A stretch of DNA of 64,000 bases from Asaia bogorensis (GCA_945901855.1 CAMDLT010000018.1:3245-67244), one strand, 5' to 3'. Positions 26,140-34,598 are shown, numbered from the stretch's first letter. Program-made: numbers and translations. The notes: generated by a model not told the origin, from the letters alone.

Positions 26140-26999
26140 CCCTCGTCGGCAGGCGGCGGCGGGTCGACGGCGGGCGTTTCCGGGTCGGGGCCTGGGAACA
26201 ACTCGTCGGTGCGGCCGAGCTTGTAGTAATAGACGAGGCCGATATATTCGCGAATGGCCTCGGACAAGAAATTGAGATTGTGCCCGAGCCGGAACGCGCC
26301 GTCGAAGGGCTGGTTCGGATCGGTCGCAAAGTCGATCGGATACGCCAGCAAATGCGGCCAGCCGGCCTTGCGAAACGTGCCGATTGCGCGCGGCATGTGG
26401 CGGGCGGACGTGACCAGCAGCCAGGTTTCTTCGGGCTCTGGCTTGATAAGTTCGAGGCTAAGTTTCGCGTTTTCGTAGGTGTTGCGCGATTGGTCCTCGA
26501 AGATGATGCGCGTGGTGTCGAGCCCGATACGCGCAAAGATGCGCCGCACAATATCGGCCTCGGTATCCTTGCCGTCGATCAGTTCGATCGAACCGCCGGT
26601 GAAAACGTGGCGGGCGGCGGGATAGCGGCGAGCGAGCTCGATAAACGCATCCAGCCTCGGGCTGCCGGCCGCCACTTGCGAGGACGGCACGCCACGTTTG
26701 CCGATGACGTAATAGTCAATGACGCCGCCCAGCACCAAAATGCCGTCGATCTGCGGCGGCAGCGATGCGCGCGGGGGAAAGCGATCCTCGATCGGGCGCA
26801 GCGCCAGTTGGCCGACCGGATAAAGTGCGACGGCAAGGGATACGAGTGCGGCGGCGCAGACCAGAAAACGTCCCAAGCGCCACCAGCGCGTCCACAAAAT
26901 CAGGCACCCGGCGACCCATATCGACAGCAACAGGCTGGCGGGTTCGGCGACCAACCAGAACAGTTTGGAGATATAGAGTTGGAAATCGACGCCAAGCAT
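26136..26999 (-). CDS. YdcF/ElyC-family (DUF218) membrane-anchored protein
   Basis: Start at ATG 26999. Two N-terminal TM segments. DUF218 motifs GILVLGG, FTGG, EDQSRNTYENA and LLVTSARHMPRA. Confidence 0.8.
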   Translation of the reverse strand: MLGVDFQLYISKLFWLVAEPASLLLSIWVAGCLILWTRWWRLGRFLVCAAALVSLAVALYPVGQLALRPIEDRFPPRASLPPQIDGILVLGGVIDYYVIGKRGVPSSQVAAGSPRLDAFIELARRYPAARHVFTGGSIELIDGKDTEADIVRRIFARIGLDTTRIIFEDQSRNTYENAKLSLELIKPEPEETWLLVTSARHMPRAIGTFRKAGWPHLLAYPIDFATDPNQPFDGAFRLGHNLNFLSEAIREYIGLVYYYKLGRTDELFPGPDPETPAVDPPPPADEG

Positions 27000-27084
27000 T
27001 TTGCTGGGACGCACTCTAGGCCGGGCGGAATGCAGCGCGCAACCGCCGCCTTGCACGGTGCGGCTGGCTCGAAGCACGGCGCGT

Positions 27085-27093
27085 TGTTATAAG
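27085..27093 (+). promoter_or_regulatory. extended -10 promoter element TGTTATAAG upstream of tRNA-Ser
   Basis: Same TTGTTATAAG 10-mer as upstream of tRNA-Asn. It ends 18 nt before the mature tRNA-Ser 5' end. Confidence 0.4.
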
Positions 27094-27111
27094 AGGCAGC
27101 GTCGTAGCTGC

Positions 27112-27201
27112 GGATGGGTGGCCGAGTGGTTTAAGGCAGCGGTCTTGAAAACCGCCGTCGGTGCAAGCCGACCGTGAGTTCGAATCTCACCCCATCCGCC
27201 A
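27112..27201 (+). tRNA. tRNA-Ser (anticodon TGA)
   Basis: Acceptor GGATGGG/CCCATCC, anticodon stem GCGGT/ACCGC with loop CTTGAAA, long variable arm (CGTCGGTGCAAGCCGACC), T arm GTGAG-TTCGAAT-CTCAC, discriminator G, encoded CCA; 90 nt. Confidence 0.92.
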
Positions 27202-27286
27202 CGTTCGTTTGGCTTGACTATCGCGATGCGTCGAACGCAGCCGACGTTTGGCCGGCCCACCGCAAAAGCGCCTGATTGCGTCCGTG

Positions 27287-27448
27287 TTACGAACGGCCGT
27301 CGGGCTTGGCAGCCTCGAGATTCGCCAGGATCTTGCGCTGGTTTTCAAGCGTCTGATTGATTTTGAAATACCAGCAAAAGGGCTCGCGGAACACGACCAC
27401 GGCGACTAGAAACATGGCGACGAGCAGGATGATGGTGACTGAATCCAC
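27287..27448 (-). CDS. hypothetical small membrane protein (53 aa)
   Basis: Own translation from GTG 27448-27446: VDSVTIILLVAMFLVAVVVFREPFCWYFKINQTLENQRKILANLEAAKPDGRS*. AAGGAG lies 7 nt upstream of the GTG. One clear TM helix. Below the ORF-track length cutoff and with no family recognised. Confidence 0.35.
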   Translation of the reverse strand: MDSVTIILLVAMFLVAVVVFREPFCWYFKINQTLENQRKILANLEAAKPDGRS

Positions 27449-27598
27449 GTGCCTCTCCTTCTATTGGCGTTGCGTTTGATTATACAATGAAGCCGGCGCT
27501 CGGTTGAAGAGGACGCGCAGGGTTTGACGAAGAATTGCAAGCCCGGCGTAGCGGGCTGCGGCAGATATGTAATGTTTGCGTAAACAAGGGGGCCCGGC

Positions 27599-28345
27599 AT
27601 GCTCGACAAAAGCCGAATTGCGACAGGCGGCAAGCCACTATATGGCGCCAGACTCGGCATCTTGATGCTCGAAGCGCGCTTTCCGCGCATCCCCGGCGAT
27701 ATGGGCAATGCCACTACGTGGCCGTTTCCGGTGCTCTATCGTCTGGTCAAAAACGCGTCGCCGCAACGCGTCGTCCGCGAGCGCGCGTCGGGCTTGCTCG
27801 ATGCTTTCAAAGACGCGGCGCGCGATTTGGTCGACCAAGGGGCCGATGGCATCACTACAAACTGCGGCTTCCTGTCGCTGTTTCAGGCCGAGTTGGCGGC
27901 GCATGTGGGTGTGCCAGTCGCAACCTCAAGCTTGATGCAGGCATCCGCGATCCAGGCGTTGCTGCCTGCGGGCAAGCGCGTAGGCATTCTTACCATCGAT
28001 GCGAACGCTTTGACGTCGGCGCACCTTGCCGCCGCGAACGTGCCGACGGGCACGCCGGTGTTCGGCACCGAGGGCGGATGCGAATTCACGCGCGCGATCC
28101 TGGGCAACGAAGAGCGGCTCGATTGCGCCGCCGCCGAAGCGGACTTGTTGGCGGCAGGCCACACGCTTGTCGCGCAACATCCCGAAATTGGTGCGGTGCT
28201 GCTCGAATGCACCAATATGGCGCCCTATTCGCGCGCTTTGGCGCTCGCGATCAAGCGTCCGGTCTTCGATGTCTACGCGTTCGTAAACTGGTTCCACGCA
28301 GGCCTCAGCCCGCGTGCCTTCGGTCCGCCCGGTTCGGCCTTTTAA
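27599..28345 (+). CDS. Asp/Glu/hydantoin racemase superfamily protein
   Basis: Two Cys-containing half-site motifs, GITTNCGF and LLECTNMAPY, with the typical pseudo-two-fold layout. 248 aa. Confidence 0.75.
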   Translation: MLDKSRIATGGKPLYGARLGILMLEARFPRIPGDMGNATTWPFPVLYRLVKNASPQRVVRERASGLLDAFKDAARDLVDQGADGITTNCGFLSLFQAELAAHVGVPVATSSLMQASAIQALLPAGKRVGILTIDANALTSAHLAAANVPTGTPVFGTEGGCEFTRAILGNEERLDCAAAEADLLAAGHTLVAQHPEIGAVLLECTNMAPYSRALALAIKRPVFDVYAFVNWFHAGLSPRAFGPPGSAF

Positions 28346-31300
28346 TCGTCCGCCACGGATTTCGCGCGGGGCACGGCCGCTGCGCCGACGGTCCGCTCGG
28401 CCGGGAATGCTAGCGTTGCGACCGCCCCCTCGCCAATCCGGCTTGTAAGTTTCAACTCGGCACCGTGTAATTTGGCGAGCGTTTGGACCAGCGCGAGGCT
28501 GCGTCCGCCGTCGGCGCTCGCCTCACGCACGCCGGCTTTCTTGTTACGCGTTTCTTCGGCGCGTCGGCGCTTGAGCACTTCGTCGGCGGAGAATCCGGGG
28601 CCCCCGTCGCGCACCGAAATCTCGATTTTCCCCGCGCGCTCCAGAATATGAATCGAGACCAGCGAGTCGGGCGGCGAAAAGCGAACGGCATTGCCGACCA
28701 GATTGAGCAACATTTGGCGCACCAAGCCGGCATCGCAGCGCAGAAGCGGCAAATCGCGCGCGATCGCTGCCGACAGACGGTGTCCGCGACGGCTCGCGTC
28801 GGCTTCAAGCATGCGCACGACCGAGCGCGCAATGTCGCCGGGATTCCCGTCGCTTTCCCGCAGCAAGCCGGGGCCCGCATCGAGATTGGACAGCTCGAAC
28901 ATCCGCGCGACGAAATCGAGCAGATGTTCGGCGCTGTCGTGAATGTCGTGCGCGTCGGAGGCGATGCGCTCGCCGCCCGAGCGTTCGATCGCTTCCGAAA
29001 TGCCCAGGATGGTGTCGAGGGGGGCTCGCATCTCGCGACTGACGTCGGCAAGGAAACGTTCGCGAAACGCCGCTTCTTCGCGCGCCTTGGTTTCGGCCGC
29101 ACGCAGCGACAATTCGGCGATTTTGCGGTCGGATATGTCGATGTGGCTAACTACCGCCGCGCGCTCGCCATTGAGCCAGACGGGCCGGCACGCGCAGCGA
29201 TACCAGCGCGGCATCTCGGGTGTGCCGCACGGATATTCGATGCTGTATTCGGCAAGTTCGCCTGCCAGCACGCGACTGAGGCCGCTCGCCACGTCCTGCG
29301 CTTCTTCCGCGCAGTCGCCGGTGGCTGTACGGCAGACTTCGATATAGTTGGAGCCCGTGCCAAAATTGCTGCCGCTGGCGCCGTTGAGGCGCGCAAAATC
29401 GTCCCATGCTTTGTTGGTCGCAACGATGCGCCCGACGACATCGACGAGGGCCAAGTGCGCGGGCACGCCGTCGAGCGTGGCGGTCTGGGCTCCCGCCAGC
29501 GTGCGCAGCGCGGTTTCCTGTTCCTTCAGCACGCGCTGGGTGCGAACGGATTCGGTGTTTTCGTAGAAAAACAGCAGAGCGCCGATGGTTGCGTCGGTGT
29601 CGTCCCGGTTCGCGACGATGCCAAGTTGGTAGTCGCGCCCGGCAAAAGCGACTTGGCGTTCGTATGTGCGTCCGCGCTGCAAAACGTTGTCGATGCGCGC
29701 AACCAGATCCTCGACGTTCGTTTGCTGGCGAATGCGCAGCACGCCGTCGGCCAGATTGTCGACCGTCAGTCCGAAAATCTCGGCGGCTGCGGCGTTGAAA
29801 CGACGCGCTCGCCCCATGCGGTCGACCACGACAAGCGGTGCCGCGATAGAATTTTGGATATTCAGCAGATCCGTATTGGCCTCGTGCAGTTCTGAGCTTT
29901 TCTGCTCGAGTTCCTCGTTGATCGTCTGAAGCTCCTCGTTCGTCGACTGTAATTCTTCGTTCGATGTTTCGAGTTCTTCGTTCGTGGATTGAAGCTCTTC
30001 GTTGGCCGACTGTAGCTCCTCGTTGGCGGATTGCAGCTCTTCGTTGGCCGTTTCGAGTTCTTCGGTCACCGTCTGCAGATGCTCGCGCGCAGCCGTCAGC
30101 TCGTGGCGCATTTCAACGGTGGCATGGTCCGAAACGCGGCCGGGTTCAGCCAGCGTCGCCCCCAGAGTGGTCGGCGCATCGAGAAAGCTGACCAGATAAT
30201 ACTGCAGATTTTCGCCCGGCACCGGTACGGGCCGCACGGCAACCCGCACGCCGCGCCCGTCTTCCGGGTCGATTTCGGTCGCTTCGCACGCTTGGCCCTC
30301 GCGCTTAGTTTTGTGCAAGAGCGAGCGGATCATCGTGCCAAGATGGCGCGGCACCAGGCTTGCGATCGAAAGATCGGGTTTGCCTGCTGTGATTTGAAGG
30401 ATTTCGCCGACAGCACCGTGCGCCTGCAGCAACGTGAGGTTTTCGTCCACCAGCACCGATTTGGGTGCAAAGGCTTCGGCGAGCGCGCGCTCGATCAGCG
30501 TTTGGGTGGACATGCGCGGCGGAATTTCCACGCGCGGACGCGCGCCCGGATAGATCGCGCCAAGCTGGGCGAAATTGCGCACGCTGGGCTCGGCGCCGGC
30601 CGGAATGCCCCGGCGGCGCGACAATTTCGCCTTGCGGTCGATGGGTTCGAATAGCTCGGAGTGGGCCCCCAGCGTCTCGGACTTGCCGAGTAGCAGCAGC
30701 CCGTCGACGCGCAGCGCGCGGTGAAAAAGCGCGATGAGCTGTGCGTTGATTTCGGCCTTGAAATAGATCAACAGATTTCGGCACGACACAAGATCGACGC
30801 GCAGAAACGGCGGCTGGCGCAGCAAATTGTGCTTGGCAAACACCAGACGCTCGCGCACCTCTTTGGCTACCTGGTAGGCTTCGCCTGTATCCACAAAGTA
30901 CTTTTGCACCAGATGCGGATCGACGGCGGCGAGCGCGTCGTAAGGGTAGACGCCCCGCCTGCCGACGGAGATCGCGTCTTCGTCGATGTCGGTCGCGAAA
31001 ATCTGCACCTTGCGTGCGGTGCGCGTACGTTCGATCGCCTCGACCAGCGCGATCGCGATCGAATAGGCTTCCTCGCCCGTCGAACAGCCCGGTATCCAAA
31101 CACGCAACGGGCCTGCGCGGTCGCCGCCGACCAGCAAACCGTCGAGCGCTGTCCCGAGCGCGTCGAACACTTCGGGATCGCGAAAGAACGACGTCACCGG
31201 GATCATAATTGCCTGGGCCAAACGGTCTAGCTCGTTGGGTTTGGCGCGCAGCAATGCGAGGAAGGCCGCGGTGTTGGACATGCGCGTGGCGGCAATGCGC

Positions 31301-32031
31301 GATTCCACCCGCCGCTGCACTGTGCCGGGTTTGTAGTTTTTGAGGTCGATGCCGTGACGCTCGTTGAGCAGGGCAAAAATTTCTTCGATGTCGGATCGCT
31401 GCACAACCGGCGGTGCAGGCGGCGCGAAATCTCGCGGTGCTGCTGCGATCTGCGGCAATTGCGCGCCGATCGCGTCGGGCGCCAAAATAACGTCGACGAG
31501 TCCGGTTTCGATCGCAGCTTGCGGCATGCCGTTGTATTTGGCGCTTTCCTCGTTCTGGACGATCGCCAACCCGCCTGCGGCTTTGATTGCGCGGATGCCG
31601 GCTGCCCCGTCGCTGCCTGTTCCCGACAGCACGATCGCGATCGCGCGCGTGCCGTAGGCGCGAGCCAAGCTTTCGAACAGCACGTTGACCGACGGTTTGG
31701 GGCCGCGATCGGCGTGCGGGCGCTGCAGCACGATCGCATGCTCGCGTACCGTGATGTCGCAATTGGGCGGCGTTATATAGATCCGGTTGGCCGCAAGGCG
31801 AACGCCGTCTCGGGCCTCTTCGATCGGGACCCGGCTTTCGCGCGACAGCAAGGCTGCCAACATGCTCGCGTGCTGTGGCGCCAGATGCTGCGCAACGATT
31901 ACGGCAAAGCCCGTCTCGGCGGGCAACTTGCCGATCAAGGCGCGCAAGGCCTCCAGCCCGCCAGCCGATGCGCCGATCGCAACATAGGCACGCGGCTCGG
32001 CAGCTGGCTCAGATACGGCTGTTTCGCTCAT
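28342..32031 (-). CDS. CheB methylesterase / CheR methyltransferase / PAS / HisKA-HATPase fusion sensor protein (H-box His replaced by Arg)
   Basis: Start at ATG 32031 (MSETAVSEP...). CheB: IGASAGGLEAL, VAQHLAP, GTGSDGAAG. CheR: FFRDPEVF, VWIPGCSTGEEAYSIA. Coiled coil (NEELQSx)n. C-terminal kinase core FLADVSREMRAPL, LLNLVGNAVRF, VRDGGPGF. No receiver domain. Confidence 0.9.
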   Translation of the reverse strand: MSETAVSEPAAEPRAYVAIGASAGGLEALRALIGKLPAETGFAVIVAQHLAPQHASMLAALLSRESRVPIEEARDGVRLAANRIYITPPNCDITVREHAIVLQRPHADRGPKPSVNVLFESLARAYGTRAIAIVLSGTGSDGAAGIRAIKAAGGLAIVQNEESAKYNGMPQAAIETGLVDVILAPDAIGAQLPQIAAAPRDFAPPAPPVVQRSDIEEIFALLNERHGIDLKNYKPGTVQRRVESRIAATRMSNTAAFLALLRAKPNELDRLAQAIMIPVTSFFRDPEVFDALGTALDGLLVGGDRAGPLRVWIPGCSTGEEAYSIAIALVEAIERTRTARKVQIFATDIDEDAISVGRRGVYPYDALAAVDPHLVQKYFVDTGEAYQVAKEVRERLVFAKHNLLRQPPFLRVDLVSCRNLLIYFKAEINAQLIALFHRALRVDGLLLLGKSETLGAHSELFEPIDRKAKLSRRRGIPAGAEPSVRNFAQLGAIYPGARPRVEIPPRMSTQTLIERALAEAFAPKSVLVDENLTLLQAHGAVGEILQITAGKPDLSIASLVPRHLGTMIRSLLHKTKREGQACEATEIDPEDGRGVRVAVRPVPVPGENLQYYLVSFLDAPTTLGATLAEPGRVSDHATVEMRHELTAAREHLQTVTEELETANEELQSANEELQSANEELQSTNEELETSNEELQSTNEELQTINEELEQKSSELHEANTDLLNIQNSIAAPLVVVDRMGRARRFNAAAAEIFGLTVDNLADGVLRIRQQTNVEDLVARIDNVLQRGRTYERQVAFAGRDYQLGIVANRDDTDATIGALLFFYENTESVRTQRVLKEQETALRTLAGAQTATLDGVPAHLALVDVVGRIVATNKAWDDFARLNGASGSNFGTGSNYIEVCRTATGDCAEEAQDVASGLSRVLAGELAEYSIEYPCGTPEMPRWYRCACRPVWLNGERAAVVSHIDISDRKIAELSLRAAETKAREEAAFRERFLADVSREMRAPLDTILGISEAIERSGGERIASDAHDIHDSAEHLLDFVARMFELSNLDAGPGLLRESDGNPGDIARSVVRMLEADASRRGHRLSAAIARDLPLLRCDAGLVRQMLLNLVGNAVRFSPPDSLVSIHILERAGKIEISVRDGGPGFSADEVLKRRRAEETRNKKAGVREASADGGRSLALVQTLAKLHGAELKLTSRIGEGAVATLAFPAERTVGAAAVPRAKSVADD
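29908..30063 (-). repeat. in-frame 21-nt tandem repeat (~7.4 units) encoding NEEL(Q/E)xx heptads
   Basis: Codon-by-codon reading gives TEELETA NEELQSA NEELQSA NEELQST NEELETS NEELQST NEELQTI NEELEQK. The unit on the plus strand is ctg.agctc.tcgtt...... Confidence 0.9.
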
Positions 32032-32192
32032 CGCCGGAAAGTCTATCGCCGTTCGCCAAGCGATCCAACAGTTTCGGGCCGTCCGAGCCAATCTTCGCTC
32101 CGATTTGTGCTTCTTTCGTTCGAAGGGTCGAAATAGGCATTACAAAACAGACGTCTCGTGAGTAGAATCCGAATCGGCTTCAGGATTTTGCA

Positions 32193-33443
32193 ATGGATAC
32201 CGCACAGCAACGTACCGACGAAGAAACGCTGCTTTCCGATCTCGACCGTATCAAGCGGACGGGAAATGCGGTCCCGCGCATGGCCGTTGTAATTTCGATG
32301 CAACGCCAAGCGTGGTTCAATCGGCGTTGCGAAAATTTCTACGTCATTTTTCACGCCATTCGCGAGATGGTCCAGCGCGCCGAGGGAACTGTCTACTCGC
32401 AGGGCAATTTCGACATCGTGTTCGTGTTTCGCGTCGACAATCCGCAGCAGTCCGAAAATATCGTGACCGAACTCGACGAATTGTTGCGGCGCCACTCGGT
32501 CGCAACCGGCATGCCGGACGAGTATATCGAAGAAGCCTGCAGTTGGTTCAGCTTCGAGACCCAGTTCAACGACTTTTACGACTACGCCAAGCGCGCGCTC
32601 GAGGACCAGAAGAGCCAGACCGAGGTGCGGTTGCGCGCCGCTCAGCGGGCCGCGGGCGCCGCCCAGCAAGGCGGGATCGGGCCCGCTTTTCAGGCTTTCA
32701 CGCCTGCAATTTCGGCGAGTTTCGACGATCTGCTCGCAAAAACGGACGTCAAGCCGCTGGTGCGCAACCAGCCTATCGCGATCGCGCTGACCGCAAACCA
32801 GCTGCGGCCGATCTTTCGCGAGTACCATTTCAGCGTCAACGATCTGCGCAACATGATGGTTCCGCGCATCAATATGCGCGGTCAACGCGGACTGTTCCAA
32901 ATCCTGACGCGCAGTTTCGATACGCGCATGTTGCGGGCCCTGTCCGAGGGGTTTCTGACGAAGAGCGCAGGCAACATTTCGATCAATATGACCGTTGATT
33001 CGATTCTCTCCGACCGTTTCCGCGAGTTCGACCAACGCATTGCGAATTTCATTCCCAAGGGCAACATTATCGTCGAGATTCCGCGCCACGACGTGTTTGC
33101 GGATTTCGAGGCGTACAACAAAGCGCTCGATACGCTGCAAAAATCAGGTTATCGCACGCTGCTGGACGGGCTTACGCCAGATACGCTGACTTTCTTCCGT
33201 CGTGCCGAGTTGCGCGCCGATCTGGTCAAAATGTTCTTCTACAAGGACCATGCCGAAGATTGGCGAATGAAAGGTTTGGCTGCAATGCTGGCGGAAGCCG
33301 ACATCAACCGCATCATCATGGGGCGTTGCGAAACGCCAATGGCGTTCGAACTTGGCCAGTCGGTGGGCATCCGCATGTTCCAAGGCTGGCATATCGATGC
33401 GCTTTTGCGTGCGATGGCCCCTTCAACGCCGCCCGGCCGCTGA
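32193..33443 (+). CDS. soluble protein with degenerate GGDEF-like and divergent EAL-like regions
   Basis: 416 aa. The EAL-like blocks are QPIAI, ISINMTVDS, IIVEIPRHD, LLDGLTPDTLTFFRRAELRADLVKMFF and IIMGRCETPMAFELGQSVGIRMFQGW. The N-terminal part contains ...TVYSQGNFDIVFVF where GGDEF would sit. I counted 99 G+C in 180 nt (55%) for 32221-32400, lower than the surroundings. Confidence 0.75.
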   Translation: MDTAQQRTDEETLLSDLDRIKRTGNAVPRMAVVISMQRQAWFNRRCENFYVIFHAIREMVQRAEGTVYSQGNFDIVFVFRVDNPQQSENIVTELDELLRRHSVATGMPDEYIEEACSWFSFETQFNDFYDYAKRALEDQKSQTEVRLRAAQRAAGAAQQGGIGPAFQAFTPAISASFDDLLAKTDVKPLVRNQPIAIALTANQLRPIFREYHFSVNDLRNMMVPRINMRGQRGLFQILTRSFDTRMLRALSEGFLTKSAGNISINMTVDSILSDRFREFDQRIANFIPKGNIIVEIPRHDVFADFEAYNKALDTLQKSGYRTLLDGLTPDTLTFFRRAELRADLVKMFFYKDHAEDWRMKGLAAMLAEADINRIIMGRCETPMAFELGQSVGIRMFQGWHIDALLRAMAPSTPPGR

Positions 33444-34597
33444 TGGGCGTCGTGCGTCTTGGCGATCTTCTGACGCCGTGTTTGGTTCTGGACCGCGCCA
33501 GGCTGCGCCGCAATGCCGATCGTATGCGCGCGCGCGCAAAAACGCTTGGCGTACGGCTGCGTCCCCATTTGAAGACCGCGAAATCGGTCGATGTGGCGCT
33601 GCTGGTGCACGGCGGCAAGCCAGGCCCGATAACGGTCTCGACCTTGGCGGAAGCCGCGCATTTTGCGGCGGCAGGATTCGACGACATTTTGTACGCCGTC
33701 GGTATCGTGCCATCCAAACTTGCGCGCGTCGCACAGATCATGCGTGCGGCCCCTGCCCTGACCTTGGTCCTCGATGATTTGGCAGCTGCGCGCGCCGTCG
33801 TGGCCCAAGGTGCTGCGCTCGGCGTTCGCTTCAACGTGGCCATCGAGATCGACACGGGCGGCGGTCGTGCAGGCTTGGCGCCCGACGCGGACGTTTTGCC
33901 AGAGATTGCGCGCACGCTCGCCGATGCTGGGATGTTCGCGGGCGTGATGGCGCATGCGGGCCATTCCTACGGCTGCACCGACATCGACGCGATCGCGGCG
34001 GTTGCCGAGGACGAACGTGCGGGTGTGGCGCTAGCGGCCGAGCGTGCGGGCGCGGCCGGATTTCCGTGCCCGATGGTCAGCGTTGGATCGACGCCCACGG
34101 CTTTGCACGCGCGCCACCTTTCGGGCGTCAGCGAAATGCGCCCAGGGAACTTCGTTTTTTTCGATCTGTTCCAGCATGGGCTTGGCATGTGCGCGGCCGA
34201 AGACATTGCCGTCTCGGTGCTTGCGAGCGTGATCGGGCACCATCAGGGCCGCAATCACGTACTGCTCGATGCGGGCGCTTTGGCGCTCTCCAAGGACACC
34301 GGCGCCAACGCGCGCCTGGCACAAGTTGGTTTCGGCCTCGTGCGCGGTACCGACACCCCAAGCCCGCGCGCCGACGTGGCGGTGCTCGACGTCCATCAGG
34401 AGCACGGCATTTTGAGCGCGCGCAGCGGCCTCGATGCGATTTCGCCCCTGCCCTTCGCCGAGTTTCCGATCGGCGGCAAGCTGCATGTCTTGCCGAACCA
34501 TGTCTGCATGACGGCCGCCGGCTTCGACCGTTACTACGTCGTTGACGGTCCGAGCGACGAAATCGTCGCCGAGTGGCCGCGCGTTGCGGGCTGGTAG
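33443..34597 (+). CDS. D-TA/DSD1-family PLP-dependent enzyme (D-threonine aldolase / D-serine dehydratase-like, alanine-racemase fold)
   Basis: Start ATG 33443 overlaps the upstream TGA by 1 nt (TGATG). LRPHLKTAK (PLP Lys), EIDTGGGRAG, HAGHSYG, SVGSTPT, VHQEHG...VLPNHVCMTAA. Confidence 0.85.
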   Translation: MGVVRLGDLLTPCLVLDRARLRRNADRMRARAKTLGVRLRPHLKTAKSVDVALLVHGGKPGPITVSTLAEAAHFAAAGFDDILYAVGIVPSKLARVAQIMRAAPALTLVLDDLAAARAVVAQGAALGVRFNVAIEIDTGGGRAGLAPDADVLPEIARTLADAGMFAGVMAHAGHSYGCTDIDAIAAVAEDERAGVALAAERAGAAGFPCPMVSVGSTPTALHARHLSGVSEMRPGNFVFFDLFQHGLGMCAAEDIAVSVLASVIGHHQGRNHVLLDAGALALSKDTGANARLAQVGFGLVRGTDTPSPRADVAVLDVHQEHGILSARSGLDAISPLPFAEFPIGGKLHVLPNHVCMTAAGFDRYYVVDGPSDEIVAEWPRVAGW

Positions 34598-34598
34598 A

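Noticed and set aside
27112-27600. tRNA-Ser 3' flank as a possible genomic-island integration site
   Set aside because: There is no integrase, no phage or IS genes, and I could not find a direct repeat of the tRNA 3' end downstream. The downstream genes look chromosomal, although GC dips at 32.2-32.4 kb.
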